From Pseudomonadota bacterium (GTDB lineage: Bacteria > Pseudomonadota > Alphaproteobacteria > Rickettsiales > SXRF01), in assembly GCA_963205195.1 (NCBI GenBank), contig CAUJHR010000011.1, positions 84,164 through 148,163 on the forward strand: a stretch of DNA of 64,000 nucleotides, read 5' to 3'. Shown here in pieces: positions 8,681 to 19,042 of this stretch. The notes below the pieces were generated by a model that worked only from the letters and a program-made list of their open reading frames with translations, made no database searches and had not been told where the DNA came from. Made by a program: the position numbers and the translations under genes. The number at the start of each line of letters is the position of its first letter. Within the stretch, counting starts at the first letter, position 1.

Positions 8681-10294
8681 ATGGCAGATAGCGAAGCAAT
8701 GGAATATGATGTTGTAATAGTTGGTGGCGGGCCAGCAGGATTATCTGCTGCTATAAGATTACGACAGATCTCGCAGGATATAAAAGTATGTGTACTAGAA
8801 AAAGGTTCTGAAATAGGAGCACATATTCTATCTGGTTGTGCATTTGAGCCAAGGGCATTAAATGAGTTAATACCTGATTGGAAAGAAAAGGGAGCACCAC
8901 TTAATACTATAGCTACAGATGATAAGTTTCTATTCCTTACCAAGAAATATGCTTTGCCAATGCCCACCCCACCTTCCATGAATAATCATGGTAATTATAT
9001 TATAAGCCTGAGTAATTTATGCCGGTGGCTGGCTACGCAGGCGGAAAATATTGGCGTTGAAATCTTCCCTGGATTTCCAGCTGCAAAATTATTAATTGAA
9101 GAAGGAAGAGTAGCTGGTGTTGTTACTGGTGAATTTGGTATTGCGAAAGATGGGCATAAAAAAGATTCCTACCAGGAAGGTGTTACTATTAGAGGAAAAT
9201 ATACTTTGTTTGCAGAGGGCTGCCGTGGATCTCTTTCACAGCAGCTTATGGATAGGTTTAACTTACGAGCAAATTCTAATCCGCAGACCTATGGCATAGG
9301 CATCAAAGAAATATGGGAAGTGACACCTGATAAGCATAAACCTGGACGAGTAGTACATAGTGTTGGCTGGCCCATGAATATGGATACATACGGTGGTTCA
9401 TTCCTTTATCATCTGGAAAATAATCAAGTGGCTGTAGGTTTTGTCGTAGGACTGGACTATAGTAATCCTTATATTGATCCTTTTTTAGAATTCCAGCGCT
9501 TTAAAACCCATCCAGCTATTTCGAGGGTTTTTGAAGGGGGGAGGCGTATATGCTACGGTGCAAGGGCGCTGAATGAGGGTGGTTTCCAATCAATACCCAA
9601 GCTTACATTTCCTGGCGGTGCCCTAGTTGGTGATGCGGCTGGGTTTTTAAATGTACCAAAAATAAAAGGTACTCATACCTCTATGAAATCTGCTATGCTT
9701 GCGGCAGAGGCAATAGCTGCTGCACTTAATGGTGGAGGTGACTTAGCCGTTGATGAATATCCAAAAGCCCTTCAAAAAAGTTGGGTTTATAAGGAATTGT
9801 ATAAAGTACGTAATATCCGCCCGGCTTTCCGCTTTGGCCTTTTAGCAGGACTTTTATATGCTGCTATTGATACTTATCTCCTTAAAGGGAAAGCTCCTTG
9901 GACATTTAAGAACCATGCTGACCATAAGCAATTAAAGGAAGCAAAGCACTTTAGCAAAATTAATTACCCTAAACCTGACGGGAAAATTACTTTTGATAGG
10001 CTTTCATCCGTTTTTCTATCCAGCACTAACCATGAAGAAGACCAGCCATCACATCTTACACTTAAAGATAGCGCTGTCCCTGTTGATATAAACCTTGCTT
10101 TATACGCAGCACCAGAACAGCGCTATTGCCCTGCTGGAGTATATGAAATAAGGGAAGAAGAGGGACGTCCTAAATTACAGATAAACGCACAGAACTGCGT
10201 GCATTGTAAAACCTGCGATATAAAAGACCCTACGCAAAATATCGTATGGAAAACACCTGAAGGTGGCGGTGGGCCTAACTATTCAGGAATGTAA
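8681..10294 (+). CDS. Electron-transfer flavoprotein:ubiquinone oxidoreductase (ETF-QO)
   Basis: N-terminal FAD-binding [17 protein letters not shown] and C-terminal 4Fe-4S region CPAGVYE...[12 protein letters not shown]...[10 protein letters not shown]. Confidence 0.95.
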   Translation: MADSEAMEYDVVIVGGGPAGLSAAIRLRQISQDIKVCVLEKGSEIGAHILSGCAFEPRALNELIPDWKEKGAPLNTIATDDKFLFLTKKYALPMPTPPSMNNHGNYIISLSNLCRWLATQAENIGVEIFPGFPAAKLLIEEGRVAGVVTGEFGIAKDGHKKDSYQEGVTIRGKYTLFAEGCRGSLSQQLMDRFNLRANSNPQTYGIGIKEIWEVTPDKHKPGRVVHSVGWPMNMDTYGGSFLYHLENNQVAVGFVVGLDYSNPYIDPFLEFQRFKTHPAISRVFEGGRRICYGARALNEGGFQSIPKLTFPGGALVGDAAGFLNVPKIKGTHTSMKSAMLAAEAIAAALNGGGDLAVDEYPKALQKSWVYKELYKVRNIRPAFRFGLLAGLLYAAIDTYLLKGKAPWTFKNHADHKQLKEAKHFSKINYPKPDGKITFDRLSSVFLSSTNHEEDQPSHLTLKDSAVPVDINLALYAAPEQRYCPAGVYEIREEEGRPKLQINAQNCVHCKTCDIKDPTQNIVWKTPEGGGGPNYSGM

Positions 10295-10492
10295 CTAAAT
10301 GCTCTTATAAGCTATTGGAAGGCCAGTGTCTTTATTTACTGCAAGCGTGCCGTCTTCAAAGCTTGCCGCAATATAGCGCCCTACACCACTTTTAATAAAA
10401 AGCACCGGTTTTACTGGTTTGCCGTTATACTGACGTAACGCAGTAACCTTACCGCGTGATTCCGGGTTATTCTTACTTACTTTACCACTCAT
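10295..10492 (-). CDS. Small hypothetical protein (65 aa)
   Basis: The only support is an ORF abutting the ETF-QO stop, plus a basic N-terminus. No recognisable motif. Confidence 0.3.
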   Translation of the reverse strand: MSGKVSKNNPESRGKVTALRQYNGKPVKPVLFIKSGVGRYIAASFEDGTLAVNKDTGLPIAYKSI

Positions 10493-10561
10493 AAAATACT
10501 CTCTTTCGTATCAAAATAGTTGTTTCAAATTAGGGGGGGATTCTAGTAAGATACACAAAAC

Positions 10562-12421
10562 GTGCAAGTGTTTTTATTTTGGAAGAACTATATAGTGTTT
10601 AAGTATAGATTTTTCGTGATAATTATATTAATGAATTATAGCAAGATGCTGAAATTAAATATTATATTGGTTTTATCTGTCTTGGCTGGCGCCCAATTAG
10701 CTGGCGCCATGGATATTTGCTTTGCCGCAAATATGGCATCTAATGATGATATAAAGGAAGCCCCAGCTACTGCAGTTGTCACAGAAAATGATGGTAAAAC
10801 AAATGAAGTTGGTGTGTCAGGAAGTTATTTATCAAGCCAATTTTCTCGCTCAAATGGTGATATAGAAAGCGCAACTAAATCATTAGAATCGGTATATAAC
10901 CAAAACAAAGATAGTATTGATGTTGCTAACCAATTAATGGGGCTTTACCTATTAGGCGGGCATGTTGAAAAAGCTATGGAAATAGCTTCTGCCGTATATA
11001 AAAGCCATGATAAAGACCCTATTTCTTCTTTAATGTTAAGTCTGCGCTCTATCAAAAATAACGATTCCGCTTCGGCATCAAATATATTGGATAAATTATC
11101 AGACGAAGAAGGAGGTCAATTATGGTTGCCACTTATTTCGGCATGGTTGGATGTTGAGCAGCATAAATTAGTTAAACCACTTATGATGGAAGAATTAAGT
11201 GCTGAAGTTGGTCGTGCGGCTCCTATTGTAAATTACCATCTTGCCCTAATTAATTCCCAAGCTGGCTTTACTAAAGCTGCAATAGAAAATTTTAAGCATT
11301 CTATAGAAGATCCAACCCGTCCACCACAGCGGGTTATGGAAATGCTAATAAAATTCTATGAAAAAAATAATTCACCAGAAGCATTAAAGCCATCGGTTAC
11401 TGCTTACCGTAATTCCCATCCTGATCTCGTAAAATCAAAGATTCCCCTTATTAATAATATGAAAGACGGAGCTGCAGAAATATTATTGACTATGGGTTCA
11501 ATAATGCTGGCTGCTGATGTAACTCAGGATGCTACATTATATCTACAGCTTGCTCTTTATTTAAAACCAGATATGGAGCTTGCGATTGTTGCGCTTGCCC
11601 AATCTTATACAGAATTACAACAATTTGGTATTGCCAATGAACTTCTAAGTAAAATACCTGAAAGCAGCATATTATTTAACAGCGCACAATTATATTCCGC
11701 TGTAAATCTTGGACATTTGAATAAAAGTGATGAGGCTATTGCTAAATTAGATGGCCTTATAAAAGAATCACCAAATAATATTGAAGCTTATATGGCTAAA
11801 GGTGACCTGCTTAGGATGCAGAGCCGCTTTGCTGATGCAGTTTCGGTTTATGAAACTGCGCTTCGGGCAATAAAAGAGAAGGGCGCACAACATTGGCCTA
11901 TATATTTTGCAATTGGAACATCACTTGATAAGCAGGGCAACTGGCCAGATGCAGAAAAAAACCTCAGGCGTTCGCTCGAACTTAGCCCTAACCAGCCAGA
12001 TGTCCTTAATTATTTAGGATATAGTTTTCTTATGCGCGGGGAAAATTTTACAGAAGCAAAAAATTTAATAGAAAAGGCAATTAAAAAACGTCCAACTGAC
12101 CCACAAATAATGGATAGTATGGGTTGGGCATTATATCTTGCAGGGGATTATAAAGAAGCAGTAATATATTTAGAGCGCGCTGTTTCTTTTCTTCCAGCTG
12201 ATTTCACCGTGCATGAGCACCTTGGTGATGTTTATTGGCGTTTGGGGCGCAAAACTGAAGCTCGTTTTGAGTGGGATAGATCACTTACTTACGCAAAAGA
12301 TAGCTCGGTTACAGAAGAAATAGAAAAGAAACTGAAAAATGGGTTACCAGATAAAAGTTCGTCGGATGCACTAGATAAGAAGGCTAAGAACTTATCCGCT
12401 AATACTATAGTGACTCAATAA
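10562..12421 (+). CDS. TPR-repeat protein (secreted/periplasmic)
   Basis: Signal-like segment LNIILVLSVLAGAQLAGA; the likely start is the Met near 10631. The C-terminal half has multiple TPR units (e.g. GNWPDAEKNLRRSLELSPNQPDVLNYLGY, GDYKEAVIYLERAV). A TPR gene upstream of ispE is a common alphaproteobacterial arrangement. Confidence 0.8.
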   Translation: MQVFLFWKNYIVFKYRFFVIIILMNYSKMLKLNIILVLSVLAGAQLAGAMDICFAANMASNDDIKEAPATAVVTENDGKTNEVGVSGSYLSSQFSRSNGDIESATKSLESVYNQNKDSIDVANQLMGLYLLGGHVEKAMEIASAVYKSHDKDPISSLMLSLRSIKNNDSASASNILDKLSDEEGGQLWLPLISAWLDVEQHKLVKPLMMEELSAEVGRAAPIVNYHLALINSQAGFTKAAIENFKHSIEDPTRPPQRVMEMLIKFYEKNNSPEALKPSVTAYRNSHPDLVKSKIPLINNMKDGAAEILLTMGSIMLAADVTQDATLYLQLALYLKPDMELAIVALAQSYTELQQFGIANELLSKIPESSILFNSAQLYSAVNLGHLNKSDEAIAKLDGLIKESPNNIEAYMAKGDLLRMQSRFADAVSVYETALRAIKEKGAQHWPIYFAIGTSLDKQGNWPDAEKNLRRSLELSPNQPDVLNYLGYSFLMRGENFTEAKNLIEKAIKKRPTDPQIMDSMGWALYLAGDYKEAVIYLERAVSFLPADFTVHEHLGDVYWRLGRKTEARFEWDRSLTYAKDSSVTEEIEKKLKNGLPDKSSSDALDKKAKNLSANTIVTQ

Positions 12422-12422
12422 C

Positions 12423-13286
12423 GTGCGCCCAATAATTATACAAGCCCCGGCAAAAATAAACCTATTTTTACATATTACAGGTAGGAATGAAAATAATTAT
12501 AGCCTCCTTGAGAGCCTTGTAGCCTTCAGTGAGTATGGTGATGAAATACAGGTGACAGAAGCTGGCAAATTGACTTTAGAGGTTTCTGGAAAATTTTCTA
12601 ATGAACTGAAAAAGATTGATTCTGAAGATAATCTTGTATGGAAAGCCGCTTTGGAATTACAAAATTTTTTTGGTAAAAAGCCCGGAGCAAATATAAAGCT
12701 TGTAAAAAATCTTCCAGTAGCATCAGGAATAGGAGGCGGATCCTCTGATGCAGCAGCAACAATTAATGCGCTTCGGAAATTGTGGAAAATTGATATTAAT
12801 GATGAAGAATTATCTAAAATAGCTATAAAATTAGGCAGCGATGTACCTGTCTGTTTATACAGCAATACTTCATTAATGAGTGGTATAGGCGAGAAATTAA
12901 AAGCTGCATATTTAAAAACCAAACCATATATAGTTCTCGTAAACCCTAATATTCATCTGCCTACTGCAGACATATTCAATGAATTTTGGAAGAATCCACT
13001 TTTAGTATCTAACTCATGTGAACTAAATGAATTTTCAATTGAAGAAATTTCAGATGAAAAAAAGTATAGCAATTCTTTGCAGCCATTTGCTGTTTCGAAA
13101 TTACCTATAATAGGCGAAATAATAGAGATATTAAAATCTGATAAAAATTGCAGCATTGTGCGTATGTCGGGAAGCGGAGCAACATGCTTTGGTTTATACA
13201 ATGACAAAATTTTAGCAGATAATGCCCAAAGAAAATTGCAGGAATTATACCCGGGATCATGGTGTATAAGTACAAGAATCAAATAA
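12423..13286 (+). CDS. ispE: 4-diphosphocytidyl-2-C-methyl-D-erythritol kinase
   Basis: APAKINLFLHITGR N-terminus and GHMP-kinase motif PVASGIGGGSSDAAA. GTG start directly after the TPR gene stop. Confidence 0.9.
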   Translation: MRPIIIQAPAKINLFLHITGRNENNYSLLESLVAFSEYGDEIQVTEAGKLTLEVSGKFSNELKKIDSEDNLVWKAALELQNFFGKKPGANIKLVKNLPVASGIGGGSSDAAATINALRKLWKIDINDEELSKIAIKLGSDVPVCLYSNTSLMSGIGEKLKAAYLKTKPYIVLVNPNIHLPTADIFNEFWKNPLLVSNSCELNEFSIEEISDEKKYSNSLQPFAVSKLPIIGEIIEILKSDKNCSIVRMSGSGATCFGLYNDKILADNAQRKLQELYPGSWCISTRIK

Positions 13287-13295
13287 AGGTATAAA

Positions 13296-13694
13296 ATGGC
13301 AAAACATAATAAATTGCGTTATCAGGTAAAAGATAAGCCAAGGGTTACTATAAAACTGACTGGCATAATATTCTTGCAGTATGTGGATGATGAGGCCGCG
13401 GAAACTGCAAAAAAAGGTGATTTGCTGGTTTATCCATATAATGAAGCACTTAATACTACACGTCAGGGAGAATATCATAGCACTGGCTTTACAGGATATT
13501 TTAAAGCTGATGTTTCTGACGGGAAAATATGGCAGCCCCTATTGTTAGGGCAGATTTTTAAAAATAATGAACAGTATTTTTCTAAAACTGAGCGGCCTAT
13601 TGATACTTATCACTTATGTGCTGAAATCTTACGAGATAATGCTGGAATTACTTTAATACGAACTTACCGCGAGCATTATGAGCCTGAAAACTAA
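13296..13694 (+). CDS. Hypothetical protein (132 aa)
   Basis: ORF with a start 10 nt after ispE, followed by a strong hairpin. No motif recognised. Confidence 0.45.
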   Translation: MAKHNKLRYQVKDKPRVTIKLTGIIFLQYVDDEAAETAKKGDLLVYPYNEALNTTRQGEYHSTGFTGYFKADVSDGKIWQPLLLGQIFKNNEQYFSKTERPIDTYHLCAEILRDNAGITLIRTYREHYEPEN

Positions 13695-13723
13695 TCACCC
13701 CCGCATATTATGCGAGGGTGATT
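13693..13723. terminator. Bidirectional hairpin terminator between convergent genes
   Basis: AATCACCCCCGCA - tatta - TGCGAGGGTGATT forms a 13-bp stem with one mismatch. It is flanked by T-rich tracts on the + strand and A-rich on the other side. Confidence 0.55.
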
Positions 13724-13735
13724 TTATTATGTGAA

Positions 13736-14530
13736 TTACGGACGTACTGGGTTTTTATCTCCTGCTCGCCAATTCTTAACCGCTTTTTGCATTAACTCAT
13801 AAGGCATTGCGCCAGGATAAAAATTCTCACCTATAATTATGGCTGGGGTTCCCATAGCGCCAATTTGCGCGCCTAATTCTCTATTTTTATCAAGTTCCAC
13901 CTGTATAGAAGGGTCATTCATTTCTTTTTTCAATTTTTCAGGGTCTATACCCAATTTTTTTGCTTCTGCTGCAATAACACTTTCATTGATTGTGTTGCTA
14001 CCAGCAGCGAACATAGCTTTATGAAAATCAAAATATTTGTCTTTTGCAATATGGTTGACCGCAAGGGCTGCTTTTGATGCCAGCTTGGAATCTTCGCTTA
14101 ATATAGGATACTCTTTTAATATAAGGCGTACCTTTTTATCGCTTTCAAGAAGCTTGGATAATGTACCCAAGGCCTGCTTGCAATATCCGCAATGGTAATC
14201 AAAAAATTCTACTATGGTAACATCCGCATCAGCGGCTCCTACAACAGGTGAAGATGGGTCAGAAAATAAATCACTTTTACGTTTTACAATTTCCTGCTTA
14301 GCTTTTGCTGTCATTTCTTCTTCTTGAGCTACCTGCATTTTTTCAACCACCTGACTTAATATGGTTGGATCTTTAAGCAATGCTTCTTTTATAAGCCCAG
14401 GTAATTCAGACTTAGTAACATAATCATTATTATTGGAAGGTGTTGAAGAGGGAGGCTGTGCAGCAAATGCTGAAGACGATAAAATACAAAAGCTAATTAA
14501 ATATGTAATAAAAGAATTAAATCGAAACAT
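13736..14530 (-). CDS. DsbA-family thioredoxin-fold oxidoreductase (secreted)
   Basis: Signal peptide ..ISFCILSSSAFA, a CGYC active site (FFDYHCGYCKQ) and a GTPAIIIG-type cis-Pro region. Confidence 0.8.
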   Translation of the reverse strand: MFRFNSFITYLISFCILSSSAFAAQPPSSTPSNNNDYVTKSELPGLIKEALLKDPTILSQVVEKMQVAQEEEMTAKAKQEIVKRKSDLFSDPSSPVVGAADADVTIVEFFDYHCGYCKQALGTLSKLLESDKKVRLILKEYPILSEDSKLASKAALAVNHIAKDKYFDFHKAMFAAGSNTINESVIAAEAKKLGIDPEKLKKEMNDPSIQVELDKNRELGAQIGAMGTPAIIIGENFYPGAMPYELMQKAVKNWRAGDKNPVRP

Positions 14531-14605
14531 ATAGAAAAACTCCGCTATTTGATGAGAAACAATTATAATACTAACAATAATTAAATAGAAGTATAGCTAA
14601 TAAAT

Positions 14606-15985
14606 TTAAAAAGGGCTGCTTTCATCATCCTCTTTCTTTCTCATTTGTTCAGCCTTGTTTTTAATGTCCTGCGATCTTCTATATGCTGGTGAGTCAGGTT
14701 TAAGGCTAGCTATTGCCTGGTTTGCCATTCTAAGGGCTGTTTTTGTCTCGCCTTGCAATAAGGCTTCTTCGGCTAATGCCTGGTAGGACATGGGTAAATT
14801 ATTGCTATGCCCATAAGCTGTTGCTAATAAGCGCCATGCTTCGGCATTGCTATTGTCAATATTTATAGATTTCTCTAAATGTGCAATGGCTGGCTTTGTG
14901 CTGGATCCAATATCCTGGGCAATTTCGACTTTCCCTAAATCTGCAAGTATCAAAGCTGAATCTGGTAGAAGTTTCACAGCCTTTTGATAAGCAGAAAGTG
15001 CTTCCCCTGTTTTTCCGTTTTCAAAAAGTATCTGGCCTTTTAATTCATAAAAAAATGGGTCGGACGGCGATTCTTCAATAAGGCTGGTTATTTCCATCAT
15101 TGATCTCTCAATATCCGGCATTTTATAATAAGCAACTGCTCGTGCAAGCCGGGCTGGGATAGTTTTATCACTTATAGGATATTTTTGCAGCGTCCGTTCT
15201 GGTGTCTGTAAGAATCCATATAGTTTTGCTACCATGCGCTGATGCAACATATCATATGATTTAGGATATTGGTTTATTTGGATTTTTGATTTTTCGATAT
15301 GGTTGCGGACAAATTCTATGCGGTCATTTGTTAGTGGATGCGTAATCATATAAGGGTCTGGAGATCCAAATTTTTTACGCTCATTCCTTTTTAGCAATTC
15401 AAACATTTTTAACATGCCATTGGACGAAATTCCTAATTTATCCAAGCTGTTTAAAGCGGATTGATCGGCTGATTGCTCATTGGCTCTGGTATATGATAAA
15501 AAATTGCGTGCTACTGTATTTTGCCCTCCAGTTATTACAGCGGCAGCTGCTTCTGGCTTTTTAGATGCAACTGCTGTTGCTGCCCCAAGTACAAAAGTAA
15601 GTATTGTTCCAATTTCAGCATTTTTAAGCTGTTCCGCACCTCTTGCTAAATGTCCACCTGAAATATGGCCAGTTTCATGGGCCATTACTCCAATTAATAC
15701 ATCGGGTGACTCTGAAGCCATGATAAGGCCAGTGTTTATGAACATGTTTGCACCACCAGCTACGTAGGCATTCAGGCTGCTGTCCTGAACTATAAAAATT
15801 TTAGTAGCAGTAGGGTTTACGCCAGCTGCTTTAAATATTGGGTCGGCATAGACCCTGAGAGTGTGTTCTATTTCCGCATCGCGTATTAATGGAACAGCCA
15901 AGGCTTGATTCGTGATAAGGCATAGCCCAGCCATCATACAGATAAATTTAATTATCAGATGGCTAGAAATGCCCATATTATTCAT
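14606..15985 (-). CDS. M48-family zinc metalloprotease with C-terminal TPR repeats (BepA/YfgC-like)
   Basis: HEXXH motif in VMAHETGHISGGH, a signal/TM segment, and C-terminal TPR units (GKTGEALSAYQKAVKLLPD..). Confidence 0.85.
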   Translation of the reverse strand: MNNMGISSHLIIKFICMMAGLCLITNQALAVPLIRDAEIEHTLRVYADPIFKAAGVNPTATKIFIVQDSSLNAYVAGGANMFINTGLIMASESPDVLIGVMAHETGHISGGHLARGAEQLKNAEIGTILTFVLGAATAVASKKPEAAAAVITGGQNTVARNFLSYTRANEQSADQSALNSLDKLGISSNGMLKMFELLKRNERKKFGSPDPYMITHPLTNDRIEFVRNHIEKSKIQINQYPKSYDMLHQRMVAKLYGFLQTPERTLQKYPISDKTIPARLARAVAYYKMPDIERSMMEITSLIEESPSDPFFYELKGQILFENGKTGEALSAYQKAVKLLPDSALILADLGKVEIAQDIGSSTKPAIAHLEKSINIDNSNAEAWRLLATAYGHSNNLPMSYQALAEEALLQGETKTALRMANQAIASLKPDSPAYRRSQDIKNKAEQMRKKEDDESSPF

Positions 15986-18557
15986 CCAGGCTTATCATTT
16001 TTTGCCACCATCCCCTTTTAGGAGGTGTTCCCGCTGGCGCAGCTGATTCATTTGAGCTTTCCGTTTTATAATCATGAAATGCCTTATAAGTGGGGGGGGC
16101 TGGGACAGCCGCAGGACGTGAATCAGAAGCAAAAGCTGGAAGGGCTTTACCATCAGCAAGTTCTGCTGCCCCACCATTCCAACTGGTAGGGACATCATTT
16201 GGCTGAGTTTGTTTTAATTCCTCCTGGCGATCATTGCGGTCACGCCATTTACGGCGCCCACGTCCGCCACGCTCGCGTGGCGGCCTTTTTGAAGAATTTT
16301 CCTGCCCATCTGCCGCAATTGTTTCAGCATTATTTTCTTCATCTGTTTGATTGGCATTTTCAGGATTTTCAAAATTGCCTTCTTGCCGTTCAGGACGGGG
16401 GCGTTGCCCTCCACGGCGTCCCCTGCGCCTGCTGCGGCGAGCATTTTCGTTACTTGAGGATTCATTATTTCTGGCACTTTCTGAGCCTTCGATTGTTTCC
16501 GGGCTATTAGTTTCTTCGGAAGTTTCATTAATAACAGTTTCTGTATTATTATTACGTGGCCTGTCATTACGTTCCTGCCGTTTCTGGCGACGATAATCAT
16601 TATTATCATTACGTTCATTGTGAGATTTACGAATTTTCTCTACATTGAATTCAGAAGACGCAAGCTCAGGATTTATAAGAATCTGAATGGAAATTTCATA
16701 GCGTTTTTCCAGTTCCTGCAATGCCTCACGCTTAAAATTAAGCATATGAAGTGCAAGTGATTGAGCAGCCATAACTCGCAACCCGTTAATATTACCATTG
16801 CTAGCTTCTTTCTCTATGGCACGGATTACCTGGATACCCATGGAGTCATGAGAGCGTATTACACCACGCCCTATACAATGAGGGCATTGCATCATATTTG
16901 TTTCTGAAATACTAGAGCGAAGGCGCTGTCGCGACATTTCCAGCAATCCAAATGGACTAATTCGACCTAACTGAATTTTAGCCCGGTCAGTTTTCATCGC
17001 GTCTTTTAAGGTCTTTTCTACAGAACGTCGATTCCTGGAATCAAGCATGTCAATAAAATCAATAACGACAAGCCCAGCGAGATCGCGCAATCGTAATTGC
17101 CGTGCAACCTCGTTAGCGGCTTCCAGATTTGTTTTTAGGGCTGTTTCTTCAATATTACGTTCGCCAGTTGCGCGACCAGAATTCACATCAATAGAAATAA
17201 GGGCTTCAGTTGGATTTATTACCAGATAAGCACCTGATTTCATCTTAACTACGGGATCATGCATTGATAGCAACTGATCTTCAATGTTGTAAGCATAAAA
17301 AAGAGGTGTTTGTGCTGAGTATTTCTTTATTTTTGGCAAGTGGCTTGGCAGTAATAGTTTCATGAATTCGCGGGCAGATTTATATGCCTCATCGCCTTCT
17401 ATCATTATTTCTTCAATATCATTGCTATATTGATCGCGGATAGCACGCTTTACTATATCGCTTTCTTCATAAATAAGGGCAGGGGCATTTGATCTTAAGG
17501 TGTCTTCACGGATTGCATTCCAAAGCTTTACAAGGTAATCGAAGTCACGCTTAATTTCAGCATGGGTTCTATCCATTCCGGCAGTACGTATAATAACACT
17601 CATGCCTTCGGCTAGGCGAAACTCGGTAGATATAGCTTTAAGGCGCTTACGATCCTCTGCACTTGCTATTTTGCGTGAAATACCTCCATCTTTTGGAGAA
17701 TTAGGCATAAGCACACAATAGCGCCCGGCCAGCGAAAGATAAGTAGTAAGGGATGCTCCTTTATTGCCACGCTCTTCTTTTATAACCTGCATTAATACAA
17801 TCTGTCCGCGGCGAATAACTTCCTGAATTTTATAACGACGCATGAACACATTGCGCTTGCGCTTATCACGCAGCTCATCTTCATCTGTTGCTAGCGTCTC
17901 AACTTCTTCCTTACCTGAGTCAGCTGATTGTTGGTTTTCATCTGCTGAGAAATTATTGTTATCACTATATTCTTCAGTGCTTTGCTGCTGTAATTCAGTT
18001 TCATTATCCTGTAATGCAGAAGATGGCTCATTTTCTTGGATATCAGATGGTATAATTTCTTCACCCAGAGAAATATCAATAGGGCCTTGCATTAAGTATG
18101 CAGGCCGAACTTGCTCTTCGATTTGATCTTGAGTCGCAGGCTCATCAGCCAATGAAGTTTCTGATATAAAATTATTGTTTGCCTCAGATATTTCTATTTG
18201 TTCCTGAGCATCATTTGAATTGGTTTCGCCTTCAGGGGTAATATTATTTTCCTGATTAGTATCTTCTGTTTCTCGTTCGGCTTCTTCCAGCAAGCGCTTG
18301 CGGTCCGAAACAGGGATCTGGTAATAATCAGTATGGATTTCAGAAAATGGTAAGAAACCTTGCTTTCCACCACCATATTCTACAAATGCAGCCTGCAAAG
18401 ATGGTTCGACTCTTGTTATTTTAGCAAGGTATATATTACCTTTAAGTTGTTTTTTAGCGGTGCTTACAAAATCAAAATCATAGATCTGGTTTTCATCGGC
18501 TATTACTACGCGTGTTTCTTCTGGATGCAGCGCATCAATAAGCATGCGTTTGGTCAT
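15978..18557 (-). CDS. rne: Ribonuclease E
   Basis: MTKRMLIDALHPEETRVV.. S1 domain with GNIYLAKITRVEPSLQAAFVEYG. There is an acidic insertion, a catalytic core (DVNSGR, LVVIDFIDM), a Zn-link CPHCIGRG, and an Arg-rich low-complexity C-terminus. Confidence 0.95.
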   Translation of the reverse strand: MTKRMLIDALHPEETRVVIADENQIYDFDFVSTAKKQLKGNIYLAKITRVEPSLQAAFVEYGGGKQGFLPFSEIHTDYYQIPVSDRKRLLEEAERETEDTNQENNITPEGETNSNDAQEQIEISEANNNFISETSLADEPATQDQIEEQVRPAYLMQGPIDISLGEEIIPSDIQENEPSSALQDNETELQQQSTEEYSDNNNFSADENQQSADSGKEEVETLATDEDELRDKRKRNVFMRRYKIQEVIRRGQIVLMQVIKEERGNKGASLTTYLSLAGRYCVLMPNSPKDGGISRKIASAEDRKRLKAISTEFRLAEGMSVIIRTAGMDRTHAEIKRDFDYLVKLWNAIREDTLRSNAPALIYEESDIVKRAIRDQYSNDIEEIMIEGDEAYKSAREFMKLLLPSHLPKIKKYSAQTPLFYAYNIEDQLLSMHDPVVKMKSGAYLVINPTEALISIDVNSGRATGERNIEETALKTNLEAANEVARQLRLRDLAGLVVIDFIDMLDSRNRRSVEKTLKDAMKTDRAKIQLGRISPFGLLEMSRQRLRSSISETNMMQCPHCIGRGVIRSHDSMGIQVIRAIEKEASNGNINGLRVMAAQSLALHMLNFKREALQELEKRYEISIQILINPELASSEFNVEKIRKSHNERNDNNDYRRQKRQERNDRPRNNNTETVINETSEETNSPETIEGSESARNNESSSNENARRSRRRGRRGGQRPRPERQEGNFENPENANQTDEENNAETIAADGQENSSKRPPRERGGRGRRKWRDRNDRQEELKQTQPNDVPTSWNGGAAELADGKALPAFASDSRPAAVPAPPTYKAFHDYKTESSNESAAPAGTPPKRGWWQKMISLDE

Positions 18558-18660
18558 TATATGGGACTCCTTGTATTAGTCCCACGAATGGTATTGTCAA
18601 GTTTTAGGAAGATGATCTGGAAAATGCCAACGCGCGCACGGCAGATGGATCATCTGCTGC
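18558..18660 (-). promoter_or_regulatory. Structured rne 5' leader (candidate autoregulatory hairpins)
   Basis: On the mRNA strand, GGGACU-AAUACAAGG-AGUCCC (18583-18563) ends 5 nt before the AUG and partly sequesters the AAGGAG Shine-Dalgarno. A second perfect 7-bp hairpin, GCAGATG-gat-CATCTGC, lies at 18641-18657. Confidence 0.35.
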
Positions 18661-19042
18661 ATAAGCGGCGGTGAAATAGTGCAAAATAACAAATCCATAC
18701 AAATACAATGACATACCAACCGTGAGGTCGAGGTTATATAAAAATTAATAATATTCTTTACTATATATCTGCAGGTAACTACCGTTTTGCTAATCCGCAA
18801 GCTTTCTTACATTATCTTGAAGCCAATGCGGGACAAACGACAATTACCGTATATTCCGTGTTTAATGCCGGGAGAAATAATATTACCTCATGCAAAAAAC
18901 ACAATTACTATAACGGGAAAAAAGATAATATACAATGAACTTATGAAATAATAAATGTATAAGAATGAAATTTTTTTGTTCAAAAATCCGATTATTTGCA
19001 ATACAAACAGCAAAATTCACTATTATTTTATAATTTAGTAAG

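Noticed and set aside
8650-8979. 109-aa minus-strand ORF overlapping the ETF-QO N-terminus
   Set aside because: It is antisense to the highly conserved FAD-binding region of ETF-QO. The uracil-DNA glycosylase more plausibly starts at 8630, so no gene is needed here.
16199-16618. Several ORFs on both strands inside the 3' part of rne
   Set aside because: They fall in the Arg/Glu/Asn-rich low-complexity region of RNase E, where repetitive purine-rich codons keep alternative frames open. No independent coding signal.
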